A DNA stretch of 64,000 nucleotides from Marsupella aquatica (Eukaryota; Plantae; Marchantiophyta), in assembly GCA_973895155.1 (NCBI GenBank), contig OZ316893.1, positions 20,816,955 to 20,880,954 on the forward strand. The letters run 5' to 3'. The first letter of the stretch is position 1. Every line of letters starts with the position of its first letter. This document shows positions 46,580 to 59,687 of this stretch, piece after piece. The position numbers and the translations under genes are program-made. The notes below the pieces were generated by a model. That model was not told where the DNA came from. It did not search any database and saw only the letters and a list, made by a program, of their open reading frames with translations.

Positions 46580-49500
46580 CTAAACACTAGCTTCCAATGT
46601 CTGTGGTTGGGTTTCTGTTTCACCCTCTGCTGCAGTATTTTCATTATTAGGTGTCTCCTCCTCTGCAAGGTCTAACGTGGCATCGAAGCCAAATTCCTTT
46701 CCAGGTTCGAACTGTGCATCCAGTGCATCACTTGATTGGTCTGTCTTCAATTCATTGTTAACCTTGATACCCTCCTGCACAATAAGCGCAAAATTCAACA
46801 AAACGTGTTGGAACGAGTAGAGAAATTACAATAGAGCATGCACTCTGTGGCTTGTGTACTCCTAAATTAGATACATGGTAAGAATATGAAGATTTTTCCG
46901 CCAAGTTATACATCTGAATAATTCGGTCTCACCAACTTTACTCAACTAACAGAAGGAAGTTCTGCATGCCAAAGGTTTGTATTTTAGTTCTTCAGGCGGC
47001 AAACAAAGATTGTTATGAGGCAACTTATTAGATTGGAAAGCAGTAAAACGTTTACAGGAGAGACAGTACCTTCTGTACATATTCGTTAAGTGTTGCCTTT
47101 ATAATCTCTTCGATGACAAACTTCCTAACAAGCCTTGGTCCCATTAGTTGATAAATCACATTTAGTGGTACCTGAAGGGACGAGAACGATGTGATTAGCT
47201 CTAACAAGCTATTATAACAGAATCTCCACCTGTTACAAATATGAGACGAAGTCCCGAGAATGAAAATAGCAGCCATAAAGCTTCTGTAGCTGCTGATTCA
47301 AAAGCACCCTCAACTTTCAGGGTATCAATGATAACGAATGTACCTAAAACAACAATTCTTAAGCATACAGCAGGTTGAGTTTCAGGTCAGAGTAGCTTAC
47401 CATGGATGTTTTTCCTGAAAATTTCCAAAACATTATCCACCAGAAGCCAGAAGGAGCAACCGACACTCGAAGCGTTAGAAATACTTCGTGAAAAGGTGAT
47501 GAGATGATTACAGACAAAGAGATCAAATACAGAATGCTCACAAAACAGAAAGGCTCAAACTACGATGTTTCAGTCTCACCTGACCTGAATAGCCACTTCA
47601 GCGATTTTTCGTGTTGCAAAATGAACATAAGATAATTTTCTTGCTATTTCAAGTTAAGATAAAAAGACAGGCAGATTTGTACTATTTCATGTTAAGATAA
47701 AAAGACAAAAACAAGTTTACTTCTGACCTCCTTTAGCTTTCCGAAACCCAGGAACTGGTGGTGCGTTCCTTGCGAGATCTTTAAGCACTGTGTCAAAAGC
47801 CCTCTTGGACGCTTCTCCATCAATGTCCACTCTGATCTACATTTTAAATTTCACAACACAAGATCTTTAGAAAGGCCATCCCTACAGTAGCAATCACAAC
47901 TTCTAAAATTTATTAACGACAGGTCACACTCAGAAGCTTCAAATACCCTCTCAACTTCAAAACCATCGTCTCGTCTGCCACAGGTTCAAAGATTCCATAC
48001 ACAAAAGCCAGAGCATCTTGGCAACAGCTACAATTTTGAAAGAGTATCCAATCCACATCCCATCAGAACGCATCATAAACTCACATAAGATTTACCAAAT
48101 TTCTCCCCTGAATCCACAGGCAGAATCTGACGTTCTCAACCTCAAATTACTATATTGAAGCATACGGTTCCAAGATTGATGCTTTATCCATGGCTGCTTT
48201 AAATTACTTTTTTTTTGTCGCGGTGTCTGTCCGAGAGAGTGCACAACAAACGAAATACGGGCATACATCATGATCGGTTTCAGTTTCATTGGCGTGCATG
48301 TAGTCTTTCATCTTTCCTCACTTCTCGCTGAACCAGTTGCAAGGAAACTGAAGAGTACTTTATTCTTACTTTAAGCTGATTATCTTTTGGAGGCTCTGCA
48401 ACGATCTTAGCATCCCTGATTGTCAGAGGAGCGATCTTTGTATTCTTTGCTCCCGCAGCTGTACATTGCAAGAACTTATTAATTGCCTACTACGTTCTGC
48501 TAAAACGATGCTGATACTTTTCAACAATAATGTCATACAAAGCAAACGGTTCTTTGGAGCCACTAGGCATAACTGAGATACCTACGAAAATGGACATTAA
48601 CTGTTGCTTAACGTGGTCACGGCATGAAAGCATCCCTCTTATCGTGACTCCAGCATTTGCAAAGAACTGGAATGATTCAGACAAATCAATAACAAGCACT
48701 ATGCAGTAAAGTCCGGGCAATCTGAGGAATCGTTAGAAGGCCTGCTGCCCTCACCGTTCACCATATTAGTGGTGAACTAATTCAATTCTAGTGTAGATAC
48801 GATGGTGAAACAGACATGAAACAGCTAATTCAGTCCTCGATCTCCGGCAAATCCGACCTCAGAGAGGTGTACCAAAAGAGGTGGAAGAAACCCCTAGTTC
48901 GTCTACACATAGTGGATAAAAACATTGGAAACAACTTCTCACACAACACTGTACCTAGATCAGGTGCCGCAGCACATATGGTCCTATACCGGTGTTGCTT
49001 GATTGAATCCGTCTGCCCTGATCCTCTGCAAGCCATAGCAGAACACATTGTTCATAGAGGAGCATCACAGCAGGAGAGAACAACCGTTGAAATTGCTTCC
49101 ATGGTGGCAATTTCAGAGTGAAACAGCATAGGAAAGGATAAATGAAAGGGTGACAGAGGAAACACGAGCAGAAAATGGGGCACAGCTAAAGAGAACTGGA
49201 CCATCTCAACAGAAAGGAGACAGAGGATTGCAAGAAATTAACTGTCAACTTGGTGTAAAAAAGTAGAAGCTGCGTAAAATAGAGTTGGAGAACTTTAATC
49301 GTCGTGAGCCCCAACGAGAGCAAATGGAGTGCCTGCTGGTGTGAGTTTTAGGGGCCCCATGAAGGGCCTGGCCAAAGAGACGGAACGAGATTTCGTTACC
49401 CAATGGAGCAACAGATAGTTCGGAATTACCTCTGGAATGGGAGGACATGTCTTGACACAGTATTCAGACAGTCAGCGCTAGACGAGTATTGGCGATTCAG

Positions 49501-49623
49501 AAAGCCAAGCCCGCATTTGGGAGTACTCGAGACCGAAGCCAAGATACTCGGCAGCGATAAAGTTGACGTCACTGATGTCACAGACGTCAACGACCCACAA
49601 CAGGAATTGAGAGAGAACGCCAT
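46580..49623 (-). CDS. TIG2: Plastid trigger-factor N-terminal (ribosome-binding) domain protein, 7 exons
   Basis: Exons 49623-49430, 49025-48955, 48458-48370, 47836-47728, 47414-47401, 47171-47070, 46774-46580, with consistent phases. Trigger-factor signature PVPGFRKAKGGKT..VP. No PPIase or C domain. Ser/Thr-rich transit peptide. The symbol is by recalled similarity to the truncated Arabidopsis paralogue. Confidence 0.85.
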
Positions 49624-50399
49624 GCCGTTCAGTTCAGTCCAGCTCCGCCTCAAAATCTTCCCGGCAAAGCAATCCTCTGTGAGAGCTCCGACGAGACGAC
49701 AATGTGAGCAGCTTATGCTTAAAGCTTTGCACTAAAGCAACAAAAGAAGATAAAATTCAAAACTGTCTGAGATTCCGAGTGTGTCAACGGCGGAAATGTC
49801 TTCCCAATACAAAATGCAGAGGGGCAGAAGAAATCGCCCACAGCCAGTGCAAAAACGATACTCTAGTTCAAAGAAAGAAAGTGATCTTGAGTAGTGTACG
49901 AAAAGGAACAAACATGGAAACATTTCCCAAAATTCAAAAGCTCCGTACCTTTGGGAAATGTCTTCCCAAATCCCAATGCAATGCAGGGGACAGGAGAAAT
50001 CGCCCACAGCCACAGGAGAAGAGATGAGGATCTAATTCGATTCAAAGTATGGGGGACATTATTATTGCCATACGTGAGAAATGATTGAGCTCGAATGTTG
50101 TAGCTGGGCTGATGGAGATGGTCTTTCCTGATCGAGATGAAAGCGTGGAGATGAGGCTCTGGTACTTCTGGAGCGGAGATGACCACACGAGGGAACGAAA
50201 AATGGTACACAAAAGTGGCTCCCTCAAAATTTGTGTAGCACTATTCATGAATTCCAGGAACTCGTATGATAGTGGTCCACCGCAACTACAGCAGTGTTAG
50301 TCACACTCATTGCACTTCAAATTTTGTGTCACACACCAAATAGTGTTAAATGGATTGAGTCAAGTTTATTTTGGTGCCAATCTAATCGCGGTGCACCTT

Positions 50400-51345
50400 C
50401 ATTAGTCACACTTCAGTCATACTAATTGTAGTGCTCAAAGACTACTGTCTTCCCTTGAACATAGCGCCCAAGCTCTATATTCGAATAGTGGGCCATGGGG
50501 CGTTATATTTGAATAGTGCGCCCAGGGCGTTGTGTTTGAGTTTCAACACTATGCTTTGGATTTTTTTTTACCTTGTGGTGTTGTGTTTGAATTGTGGCGT
50601 TGTGTTTGAATTTAGGCATTGTGATGAATTTAGGATGTAAGCAGGAATGATAGGCATAGAATTTAGGGTGTAAGCAGGACTGAAAGGCTAAATGCTCCCA
50701 TACCATTTTAGCCTTGGCCAAATTTGGTGAGACAAAATAAAATAATAGCTTAGAAAATCATTCTCTGATTTCTACTGCGTTTGCACATGGATGTAACTAT
50801 TTGCAGAGTTGTGAAGTCCCATTTGAATTAAGTATGTGTGGGAAATATCGCTCCTAGCATTGTTCTCAAGATGTGAAGGTTATCAACAGCTTTTTGTTTA
50901 CTTTGCTTATGCTTTGATTGTAATTCATGAACTTGCACTTTTTGTGCTCAATGCTGTCAAGATTAATAGGAAAAACTGAAACACAACCTTGAATATTCAA
51001 ACACAATGTCATATTCGAACACAAGGCCATAAAAATGATGTTATGTTCGAGTTAAAACTACTTTTTCTTACCAAGACTAAAAAATTTCAACTTTCGTACA
51101 CAATGCCCGGGCGCTCTGTTTGGGGGAAGACTGTAGCTTCAGTAAAATGAGTGACAACTTTGTCAAGCCCGGTAGCTTTATTAAAATAGTCACACTAATT
51201 TTTGTGCTCAAAGAATAAGCTTGGGTAAAATGAGTGACAACATTATTCAGCCCAGCAGCTTAGTTGAAGTAGTCACACTAATTTTCATGCTCAAAGATTA
51301 ACCTTTGGTAAACTTACTGACAACATTATCCAGCCCAGCAGCTTC
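50400..51345. repeat. ~80-bp degenerate tandem array interrupted by a MITE
   Basis: TAGTCACACTAATT..GTGCTCAAAGA..AGCTT..GTAAAATGAGTGACAAC..AGCCC.G.AGCTT repeated about 3 times; the first unit is split at 50444/51134. Confidence 0.75.
50445..51133. mobile_element. Tc1/mariner-type MITE (689 bp)
   Basis: TA TSD (50443-50444, 51134-51135); imperfect TIR C(A/T)GTCTTCCC....AACA.AGCGCCC; removal restores the host repeat unit. Confidence 0.8.
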
Positions 51346-53525
51346 TATAAAGATATGGGAGTTCATTTGCAGAAGCAAACAATCATTTGAAGATTTGACT
51401 TAGGGAGGCTTTATAACAACTGGGGGTAACAATTCCTGTTTTTCTGTGTGGAGATTCAATACTAGCCATTCAAATGTGGGAACTGGCTAAACTTCACTTT
51501 CATATTTTGTCTTATTCAGATTTTGTGTCCACTATTTTGATTTTGATGTGCCTTAACAAGGTGAATCATTTGTATTAATCTGATTTTGAATTAACTTTTG
51601 GACCCCTTTTAACTTTAGTGAACTTAGAGTATTTGAATGTATTTGGGTCACTCATAAATCTGTAATCTTTTCTTTTCAATCACTCCTTAGTGATTTCTCT
51701 TTTTTCTCTTGAGATTGAGAGAAATGAATTTGAGGGATGTGCACATCTGGTGTACTAAGTTACTCTTGTGGTTTTCTTTACAAAATTTATGGTTTTAATT
51801 GAGTTGATTGTCATTACCTAGAAGCAAGTGAAAATCTGTACTCTATGTGCACAATTATTTAGTAACTTTGTACTTTCTTGGTCATGATATATATTTTTTT
51901 GCATGTGTACTTATGGTTTTGTGTGTTATGTCACTCACTCTTAATTAACAGATATTAATTTCTTGGCATATATTTTCCATGTACCTACTTCTTTTATCAT
52001 AAAATAAATTAAATGAATTACATACCACTACAAGACAAAAAAAGAGGCATGTTCCTAGATGAACATGCTATATCCAGGATGCTTAGAATAATCATGAAAT
52101 TTACATGATAATATTCTCTTGAGGTTTCTTAACAATCTAGAAATCTTTTGTTCAGCTAGGTTAGATTTTTAGTAGTTCTTTATGTATTGTGCAAACTGGG
52201 ATGACTGTACAATAAGTCTTTACACACTGGCTAAGGGCGGCCATCAGGCCACAGGCAGATGGACCCATGGCGGCTGGGTGGCAAACTACTATGATCTTCA
52301 ACTAAAGACAAGCCTAAAGCCTTGCATTTGAGTTAAAATTATACTTTTTATGAACTAAGGTAAAATAGATCATTTGACTCAAAGAATAAGGCCTGTATTT
52401 GAATCACTTGGGGAGGAGTGAACTAAGACAGGGGTCCCTTGTTATGGCAGCCGTTGTTTAAGTGTACCACATTCCTTGATTGTGGTTCAGGCTTCTATTA
52501 AAATGGTTGATGGTTGTTGTTTTGTGTTTGAGTGATGGTGGTCTCTACTTTTACAATTCTGGTAGAGCTTCGTCATTCACCTTGTTTCATCTTGGAGATA
52601 CCATTTGTGGGTCCAAACCGTAGCTGCTTGAAAAAGTATATTATGTAGAAATGATAAATTCCAGTATGCACGGCTTCCAGATGAGACGGTGGAAATAAGA
52701 CTGAGATCCTTAGGCCAGTTTTGATCATGGCCGTTTTCGAAGATCTTGTGAGGACGTTCTGCTTGAATCATAATTTCACATACAGTAAATTCTGTATTTT
52801 GTGTATTTGGTCCAAGAACTTTGGTTGGCCATATTATTTGCCAAAATAGAATGTTTCGCACAATGCTCAATGCGTCACAAATCTCAACGCTAGGAGGGCA
52901 GAGGTGCAAGAAATTTATCATGGGCCTGGACTGGGCTACAAGCTGGGCTCTTCTCGGAAATTGCTGGATATACATGTGTAGGAGAGGATAGAATGACTCG
53001 ATCGAAACAATTCTTCTCTATGGTCTTTCAGTCAGATGCAGTATTGATTTGTCGTCTGATAGCTTTGACTGTCATTTGGTTGCTCGCATTCTTTGTGCGA
53101 TTGTTTTGGCTTTATAAAAATTAATGCAGCAGTGCAGATTTTTCTAGTGTTTGAGCGCAATGACGATCGATCGATTATGTTAAATTACTGGGAACTCTGG
53201 GAGTGTTGTTGCAGATAGGTTTCGCAGTTCTCGAGTGAGTGTTTAGAACTACCGTTATTCGCTTGCTGCTTTGTGTCTCTTGCCAATGATTCGAGTTAAA
53301 TAATTTTCTGTTTCTTGGGCTTGTTTGAACCTTTCCTAGTTGGCACATGGAATTCGTCTCCTGTCCTTTGTGTCCTCGTTGACTGTGGTAGCTTCCACCT
53401 CAATCAGTGTGTCGCTCCCACAAAATTTAACAGCCCTGGAACAAAGGCTTCACAGTTCAAATAGTGTTTGGCAGAGTAATTGCAAGTTACGCGTACGTTT
53501 AAACCACCAGAGCGATGACGGAGAT

Positions 53526-54517
53526 GAGTTCCGAATCTAACCTGTCCCTGAACATTCTCAAGGAGAAGCTTAGTGGACGTCACCCTAGAGATGTGAGAAA
53601 GCTGAGTTCTAAATCTAACTCGTCTATGAACTTGTAAGAAGTAGCTTAGTCGTCATCACACTAGAGAAATAACAAAGCTGAGTTCTAAATCTAACCTGTC
53701 AATGAACAATCTCAAGAAGAAACTTGGTGGTCATCACACTAGAGAGATAAGACAGCTGAGTTCTAAATCTAACCTGTCTATGAACATTCTAAAGCACAAG
53801 AAGCTTAGTGGTTATCACACTAGATAGATAAGAAAGCTGAGCTAAGTCTGACCTGTCTATGAATAATCTAAAGGAGAAGCTTAGTGGTCATCACACTAGA
53901 GAGATGAGAAAGCTGGGTTCTAAATCTAACTTGTCCATGAACATTCTAAAGCAAAAGAAGCTTAGTGGTTATCACCCTAGAGAACTGGGTACGCTGAGTG
54001 CTATATCTAAGTTGTCCATCAACATTCTAAAGAAGAAGCTTAGTGGTCATTACACTAGAGAGATGAGAAAGATGAGATCTAAATCTAACCTCCCTATGAA
54101 CATTCTAAAGAAGAAGCTTAGTGGTCATCACAGTCGAGAGATGAGAAAGCTGATCTCTAAGTTTAACCTGTCTACGAACATTCTAGAGAAGGGTTCTATT
54201 AATCATCACCCTAGAGAGATGAAAAAGCTGAGTTCTAAATCTAACCAGCCCATGAACATTCCAAAGACGATGCATAGTGGTCATCACACTAGAGAGATGA
54301 GAAAGCTGAGTTCTAAATCTGTCCTCCGTATGAACATTCTAAGGAAGAAGCTTAGTGGTCATCACGGTCGAGAGATGAGAAAGCTGAGTTCTAAATGTAA
54401 CCTGTCTATGAACATTCTAGAGAAATAGCATAGTGATCGTCACACTAGAGAGATGAGAAAGCTGAGTTCTAAATGTAACCAGTCGATGAACATTCCAAAG
54501 AAGAAGCTCAGTGGTCA
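53526..54517. repeat. 78-bp minisatellite, ~12-13 copies
   Basis: Consensus TCTAAATCTAACCTGTCTATGAACATTCTAAAGAAGAAGCTTAGTGGTCATCACACTAGAGAGATGAGAAAGCTGAGT; yields ORF 53859-54428 with a 26/27-aa repeat. Confidence 0.95.
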
Positions 54518-54771
54518 TGCTGCAGAGTTCTTGTAACACCTTTTCCGTGAACGCCTACAGCGACAATTTTGTGAATGGCCTTCTGTGCTGGAGCGTAAAA
54601 GTGCTGGAGAATTCGAATGATCCGAGATGGTTTTCAACGCAGAGATGATGTGTATTAGATACAACAGGAGCCACAGTGTTACATCTTTGAATCGGAATTG
54701 GATGAGGTTTGTCGCAGTTTTTGCAAAATGAACAGTCCAAATCTCTGATACTAAATGGCGATATGTCGATA

Positions 54772-57362
54772 TCATTTTACAGCAGGAGAGCAGCAAGATT
54801 GGAAGTAGCCGATGGCTTCACACATGTTTCCGAGCATATGATCTGAGAGGAGCCACGGCGACACCACGATCTCTTCCATGTCCTCCTGCTGGGCTTCAAA
54901 CATTTTCCAGGTGACATTCCTCGCCTCGTCGAAAGTCGGATATGCTCCATAATTCCTCTCCGAAGAAACCCCACTCCTCTGCTCCGGCTTCTTGCCACAT
55001 CCCGGTGGATCGCTTCCCATCACCAACAGCTTCCCTGGAGGATGGAGAGGCGGAGGATCGCATACTCCACATTCCCCATCTGTTCCCTCCTTCTCCTCAG
55101 CTGCATCTTCACCGTCCTTGCTCTCGGGCTTCTCCGTTTCTCCAGACAGAGTCGGAATCTTGTCCATCGCTCCGTCTTTCGCCTTCTGGAGTTTATGAAA
55201 TGTCTCCAAGCCTTTCTTCAGACTCTGCCAATCTTCGTCGTCTTTGGCCACGCTCTCGACCTCGTCCCAGTCGAATTCCTGAATCCGCGTTCGCAGCTTC
55301 TCGACCGACTTGTACGAGATCCGCGGCACCACGTCGTGCGCGGCGACGAAGGTTGTGGCGAAGCTCCTGCACTCCTTGGCAAGCTCGAGACTCATGCACG
55401 CTGGCGGGCAATAGCCCCAGCACTGCAGATCGGGCCACTTCTCTCGAAGCATGAGAGAGATTAGGGCTCCAACCGCGGCTCCCATGCTGTGGCCGACAAC
55501 GACGAGCTTCAGCTCCGTCTGCCCACCGACGTGGTCTTTGAAAGCTTTCTCGATGTGCGGGACGGTCTCTTCGTAGAGCAGTTTGGCGGCGTGGACGAAT
55601 CCTCCGTGTGCATAGCCCTCGCCATCACCGAAGGGTTCAGGTGATGCACCGGAATTCAACAGCATGTCGATAATGTGGGACGTTCCACGTACAGCGAGGA
55701 CCACAGCTCCGTAGGGCGGGTCAACGAAGACGGCAAAGGCGGGCCTGAAGGTTTCGTGGCACGGCTCCCATGCCGAAGCGACGAGTGAGGACTCTGGCAA
55801 GCTGGTGAATAGAGAGAAGGAGCCAGAGTCTTTGGCATAGACGGCCTCGGAGATCGCCCGCCAATGTTGTGCACGGAGAAGGAAATTCGAATCTTGAGAC
55901 AAATCCTTGACCTCCTTTCCGGGCAGGGGAGGTGGCTTCTTCTCTGTCACCTAAAGCACGAAGAATGCATTGCAGAGATACAAATCAGCACTGTGGTCAA
56001 AGATGTGAAAATTGCTCATTTGAATAATCCGGTTGGGTCTCTCCTAAATCTCTAAATTCGATTCTATGTGGGCGCACAGAAATCACAATTGACGCAGTGA
56101 CAAGAGCTCCCTACCAAGAAAGGGTCATGTGTGGACAGGGTTTAGTGTGCCCAGGAGTTAAGAGTTTCTCTTGAGTCTGACCCAGCCAATTACTATATGC
56201 TCCTCTCTCAATTGGAACACTCGATTAAAAACTACAGCAGATGAATTGATCCCACTTGTTCTCATACTTGTGAACTTCCTCCCTCTCTGCTCATAGAACA
56301 GGTACCTAGAGAGAGAAATGGATTCATCTAATAGTTTAAACAAAGAACTTATACTTGCGAAGTTTGAATGTAGGAGGCATTGGCGCCACAAGAGCCGAAA
56401 ACTGAAAAGCTTCAGACGGGTGGAAATGAATGGGACAACAAGAAGAGCATTACAGAGTCACAACAATCCTTCTTCATTCGAAATAATTTCATCCCAAGCT
56501 TTCAAAAGCAAAACTTCAAGTCTAGCGGTACCGACATGGTTCCTACCTTGGCCATAGCAGTGAGTCCAATTGTCATATCCGCAATCGACCACGGCCCCAT
56601 ACTCGATTGCAAACAAGTAGCTCCACGAGCAAGCACCTGCATTGGGCCTCCATCTCCGTCTCCTCCTCCCGCTGCTGCACCGTCCCCACCATCAGCCTTC
56701 TCCCGGATGATTGCCCAAGCCCTCCTGCTAACAACATACACCCCGACAGCACCAGCCGCCAGAAGCACAATTCGCAGCATAGTGAGGAGGTCTAGCCAGC
56801 CGATTCTAATGCTCTGTAGTCTACATGAAAAGCTCGCACAGATGGCGACGAAACTTGCCCAAAGTCTGGCAAAGAAGTTTTGCGGGGCTGGTGGCGCACT
56901 CGCTGCTCCTGCTGCGCTTGCCTGAGCTGCTACGGTCCTCGCACGTGATCTCAACTTGGGTGAGAACAGAACCTCTTGCTCAGCGCCGTCTTGTCGGCCA
57001 TGAAATTTCCCTTGCCCCAAACCACTAGACAAGCTCGTTCTCAGCCTGCAAATTTGAAAGCGACGGTCATACACTCTCAAAAATGAGTTCCTAGACACCA
57101 ATGTGGGATTCACTCGGTTTCTCAATGGAGGTAAGAAAATCGATCCGAGCTGACTGGCACCGCCATTCCCGCTCGAAGCGTACGACAGGGACGAAACAAA
57201 ATGAATTGGAATTTGGCTTGTATTCACAGAACTCGCCTTACCGGCAGAGACCAAACTGTTCCTACTCTTACTGCAGTAGTCGATGGAACGAACAGTTGGA
57301 GGATACGATGCAGACACAAAGCAGCTGCACCCGACCGACATCTCTAGAGAGCGATGAGTCAT
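54772..57362 (-). CDS. Class-3 lipase (DAG-lipase-like alpha/beta hydrolase), probably plastid-targeted and membrane-anchored, 2 exons
   Basis: Exons 57362 (or 57341)-56547 and 55950-54772 (GT-AG, phase 0). VLAVRGT, AHGGF, GHSMG nucleophile, HDVVPR, SDH. Hydrophobic segment IVLLAAGAVGVYVV. Confidence 0.9.
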
Positions 57363-59687
57363 CGGTCTCTTATGATTGCGGAGGAAATGCAGCAAGACAG
57401 TTGAGAAGTCCGGACGAGCAGCTAGCAGCTGCAGCAGGGGAGCGGCCACAGCTTCAAACTAATGCAGAGGCCGCACGGACATGGAACAGGGAACCTCGAC
57501 TTACACTGATGAGCTCACTTGTAACAAGTCAGATGTCTTGCACGAATCCAGGAGAATCTCGTAGTCAGCACGTCAAAAGGAAAAAGCATTTGTAGTAACC
57601 TTGACACGTCGATGGTGAGACTCCATGCACCCACACACTTGGCGCAAGGCTCTGCACTCTTACTTAGCAACCAATGGCGTGCGCAATTTTCATTCTTTTG
57701 TCCATTTTATGAAACTAGGCTCCATCCTCGGTTGGACCATGAGAAATTGAGAACTCAGCAAATCCGTCCTATGTCCGTGCTCCACGGAGAGATCGTGGGC
57801 ACCGTTTGTGGAACGTTTTCATGTCCATACGAGCTCCAGGGAGGGAGCTTGGTGTGGAAAATGCACCTTACTTTGAGCAGGCAAAGTGCGGTCCCTCAAA
57901 AAAATTATTGTTCAGAAACCCAGGGACGGTCAAACACGCTATCGTTCATAAATGGTAAATGGTTAAGGTAAGAATCAGCGTTCAGCGTTTAGTGAATTTC
58001 TGTGGCTGAGATGCCAAGCAGACGAAGTGGAGTTAAATGGCACATGGATGGTTCTTCCGCTTTTGGGCACCACATCGCGTTGATTGATTGGAGATTTCGT
58101 GGAGAAAGTATTTCGCAATCAGCTGGATCTGGATTCAAGCCGTTGGCCCCTTCTAATAGCTGTCCAGTGGCAACTCTGATGCGTTCATGACTCACCTGAC
58201 GACTTCCGTGGAAGCATTTCAGTAGGTAATGGGCTGAGCTACTCGAATTCCGAGTGAATACGTCCACCTAGGTCTGCCTTCCAGTCACTGTTTCAGATGA
58301 AATTACCAGACGGAGATGCCACGGACAATTCAGTACCATGGATCTCTCCCCGAGAGATTATGATTATAACTGTAGTGGAGAAAAATTGAGATCGTTATGT
58401 GTTTTGCAGTTTCGCTGATCGTATGTAGAAGCCGTTGAGAAAGTTGCCTGCCCGCGTAATTCTGTGGAGGCAATTGCTAGTGCATCTCCAGTCGCCTTCA
58501 TTCGATTGAATTCAGGTGAGTGCACGTTTCGTTTCTTTCACACCAAGGCATTCAGGGCTGTGACACAAATCTAGGCTACCATACTAGGAGATGTGACTGG
58601 TTCTCCCGCGAACTTGGAAATCGTGCGGAACAGTTTCGGTCTTCAGTGAACGAGTTGAGAATTTAGAAACATGCACTCTGATGAGTAGCGCACCAACCAA
58701 GACAGTCTTTTCTTCCGTAAGCTCGGCAATCGCTTTCATTCGGAGATCTCTGACCACCTATATGACATTTAACGCCAATCTTATGTGCCCACTGAAGTTC
58801 ATAATGAATCCAGAAATCGCCAGTCCCGTCCTAAATCGCATTGATTTACGCCAACGTCTGGGCGGAGCTGCTGCCTGTCTACACAATATCTGTCACTCTC
58901 CATGCGCACAATCATAGCTTAATTGCCCCAAATAAAAATGATTGAATCCGAATCAAGCTGATCAAATCAATTCATCCCCACCGCATTCGTAGCAGCTCAT
59001 CGGTAAACCAAATTATCAGCTTACGGTGGGTTCTTCACGGCGGCCCACGTTATCCTTGTAGCAGTGCATTTTCGAACGAATTGTACATAGCTGACCAGCC
59101 TTGATCGTTTGTATGGGAGAAACTGAAATCGATACGGAATTATAGCTCCTGCTCTTCTTTCCCTTTTGTTCACAGGCGAGTGGCATCAATCCGGCCGAAT
59201 TGAGAGAGGACACCGAATCTCGTTGAACGTTTGACCAGCCCTGTGAACGCCCGTGTCAGACAGGGATTCTACAGCTTGGATAAGACATCTCTGAGGGAGT
59301 ATGAAACTAGCCTACGAATCTTGGTGACGAACTCCGCATTGTTGAAAGAAATCAACCCTCCACCCTTGAGAGAGCCAGTAATATACTGAAATTCTTTCTG
59401 GGGAGGAAAAGCCAAAATGCTTCCGCTGTTCCTGCTCAGCTCGGTAGGCAAGGCGATATGCAGGCGTGCAGGCCGCAAGCTGGCAATTGTATTTGCGAGG
59501 CAAAATCACCGAATATGACGATTGGATAATTGAATGGCTTGAGGTATGGATGCTGGCCACATAGTGGGGTGTCATGAGGGATTGGCTTGATTGAGGGGTT
59601 AAGTTGTCATGGATGGTTCTCATTTGTTGCTGTAACTGTTTTGCGATTGTTACAGGACTGAAGTAGTTGAGATTGATAGAACCAGCC

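Noticed and set aside
49040-49102. Alternative TIG2 start MEAIST in a good Kozak context
   Set aside because: In-frame TGA after 16 codons; it lies within intron 1 of the better model.
52577-52975. 132-aa minus-strand ORF
   Set aside because: No motif, splice context or family recognisable.
53526-54517. CRISPR-like periodicity
   Set aside because: Units are contiguous with no unique spacers; eukaryotic context with no cas genes.
13643-57362. Functional cluster of plastid-targeted genes (PRDA1, TIG2, lipase)
   Set aside because: Plastid-targeted genes are common and these are separated by TEs; no evidence of co-regulation.
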